Source: Octopus vulgaris
Taxonomy: Eukaryota
DNA: 64,000 nt
Direction: 5' to 3'
Assembly (NCBI GenBank): GCA_951406725.2
Contig: OX597837.1
Location: forward strand, 28,458,001 to 28,522,000
Program-made: the position numbers and the translations under genes
Shown here: positions 63,606 through 64,000 of the stretch, in pieces
Layout: every line of letters starts with the position of its first letter
Numbering within the stretch: the stretch's first letter is position 1
The notes under the pieces: model-generated
What the model was told of the DNA's origin: nothing
Seen by the model: the letters and a program-made list of their open reading frames with translations, nothing else
Databases searched by the model: none

Positions 63606-64000
63606 GCAAAAATTTCAGTGGTGATCCAACGGTATTTCACCCAGTTGTCGGTTTCTAAAGGTCACCGACTGGTTAAAAACTTCCAGATATTCGAATGGAC
63701 GAGAGAACATATACCTGTTAGCTCTGCTGAAAATAGCAACAAAATCTCCCTTACGTCACACTCTGCTATGTTAAATAGTAAGAAACTGAATATAGAACTC
63801 TGCTCGATTATGGTTGAGCTGGGGCTTAATGGCAACAAGAATAACATGTTCAATTTTCAAATCTTGCCTCCTACATTTTTCTGTGTTTTAGTTCAAGATA
63901 TTAAACTCTAATCCAGTAAGTCAGTTCCAGCAGGGAATAAATATAATCAGAAAGTTAATGACATTATATCTAGGACATAAAAACAATGTACTTTAGCAAT

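Overview
This is a eukaryotic, AT-rich, intergenic or intronic window saturated with repeats. The SINE families and extreme microsatellite load suggest a coleoid cephalopod, probably Octopus (inference). I could not recognise any host protein-coding exon; almost all short ORFs in the track are microsatellite or SINE read-throughs. The one near-intact coding unit is a full-length, about 3.98 kb RTE-clade LINE (12744-16720, minus strand). It has a 7-bp TSD and an APE+RT+C2H2 ORF broken only by one homopolymer frameshift. The rest is a layered TE landscape: three high-copy tRNA-type SINE families (one forming head-to-tail multimers with fixed junctions), non-autonomous Helitrons, and hAT, Merlin-like and mariner MITEs. 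There are also decayed mariner and DD37D transposases, several Penelope (GIY-YIG) remnants, an L1/Tx1-like ORF1 remnant and two TE-derived tandem arrays (9x124 bp and 37x43 bp). The most interesting signals are two small elements in (TA)n tracts carrying minimal type-I hammerhead ribozymes with variant cores, a possible pseudoknot at the RTE 5' end, a covarying SINE/LINE 3' hairpin, and cassette exchange between Helitron copies. All calls come from manual reading; no database searches were run.
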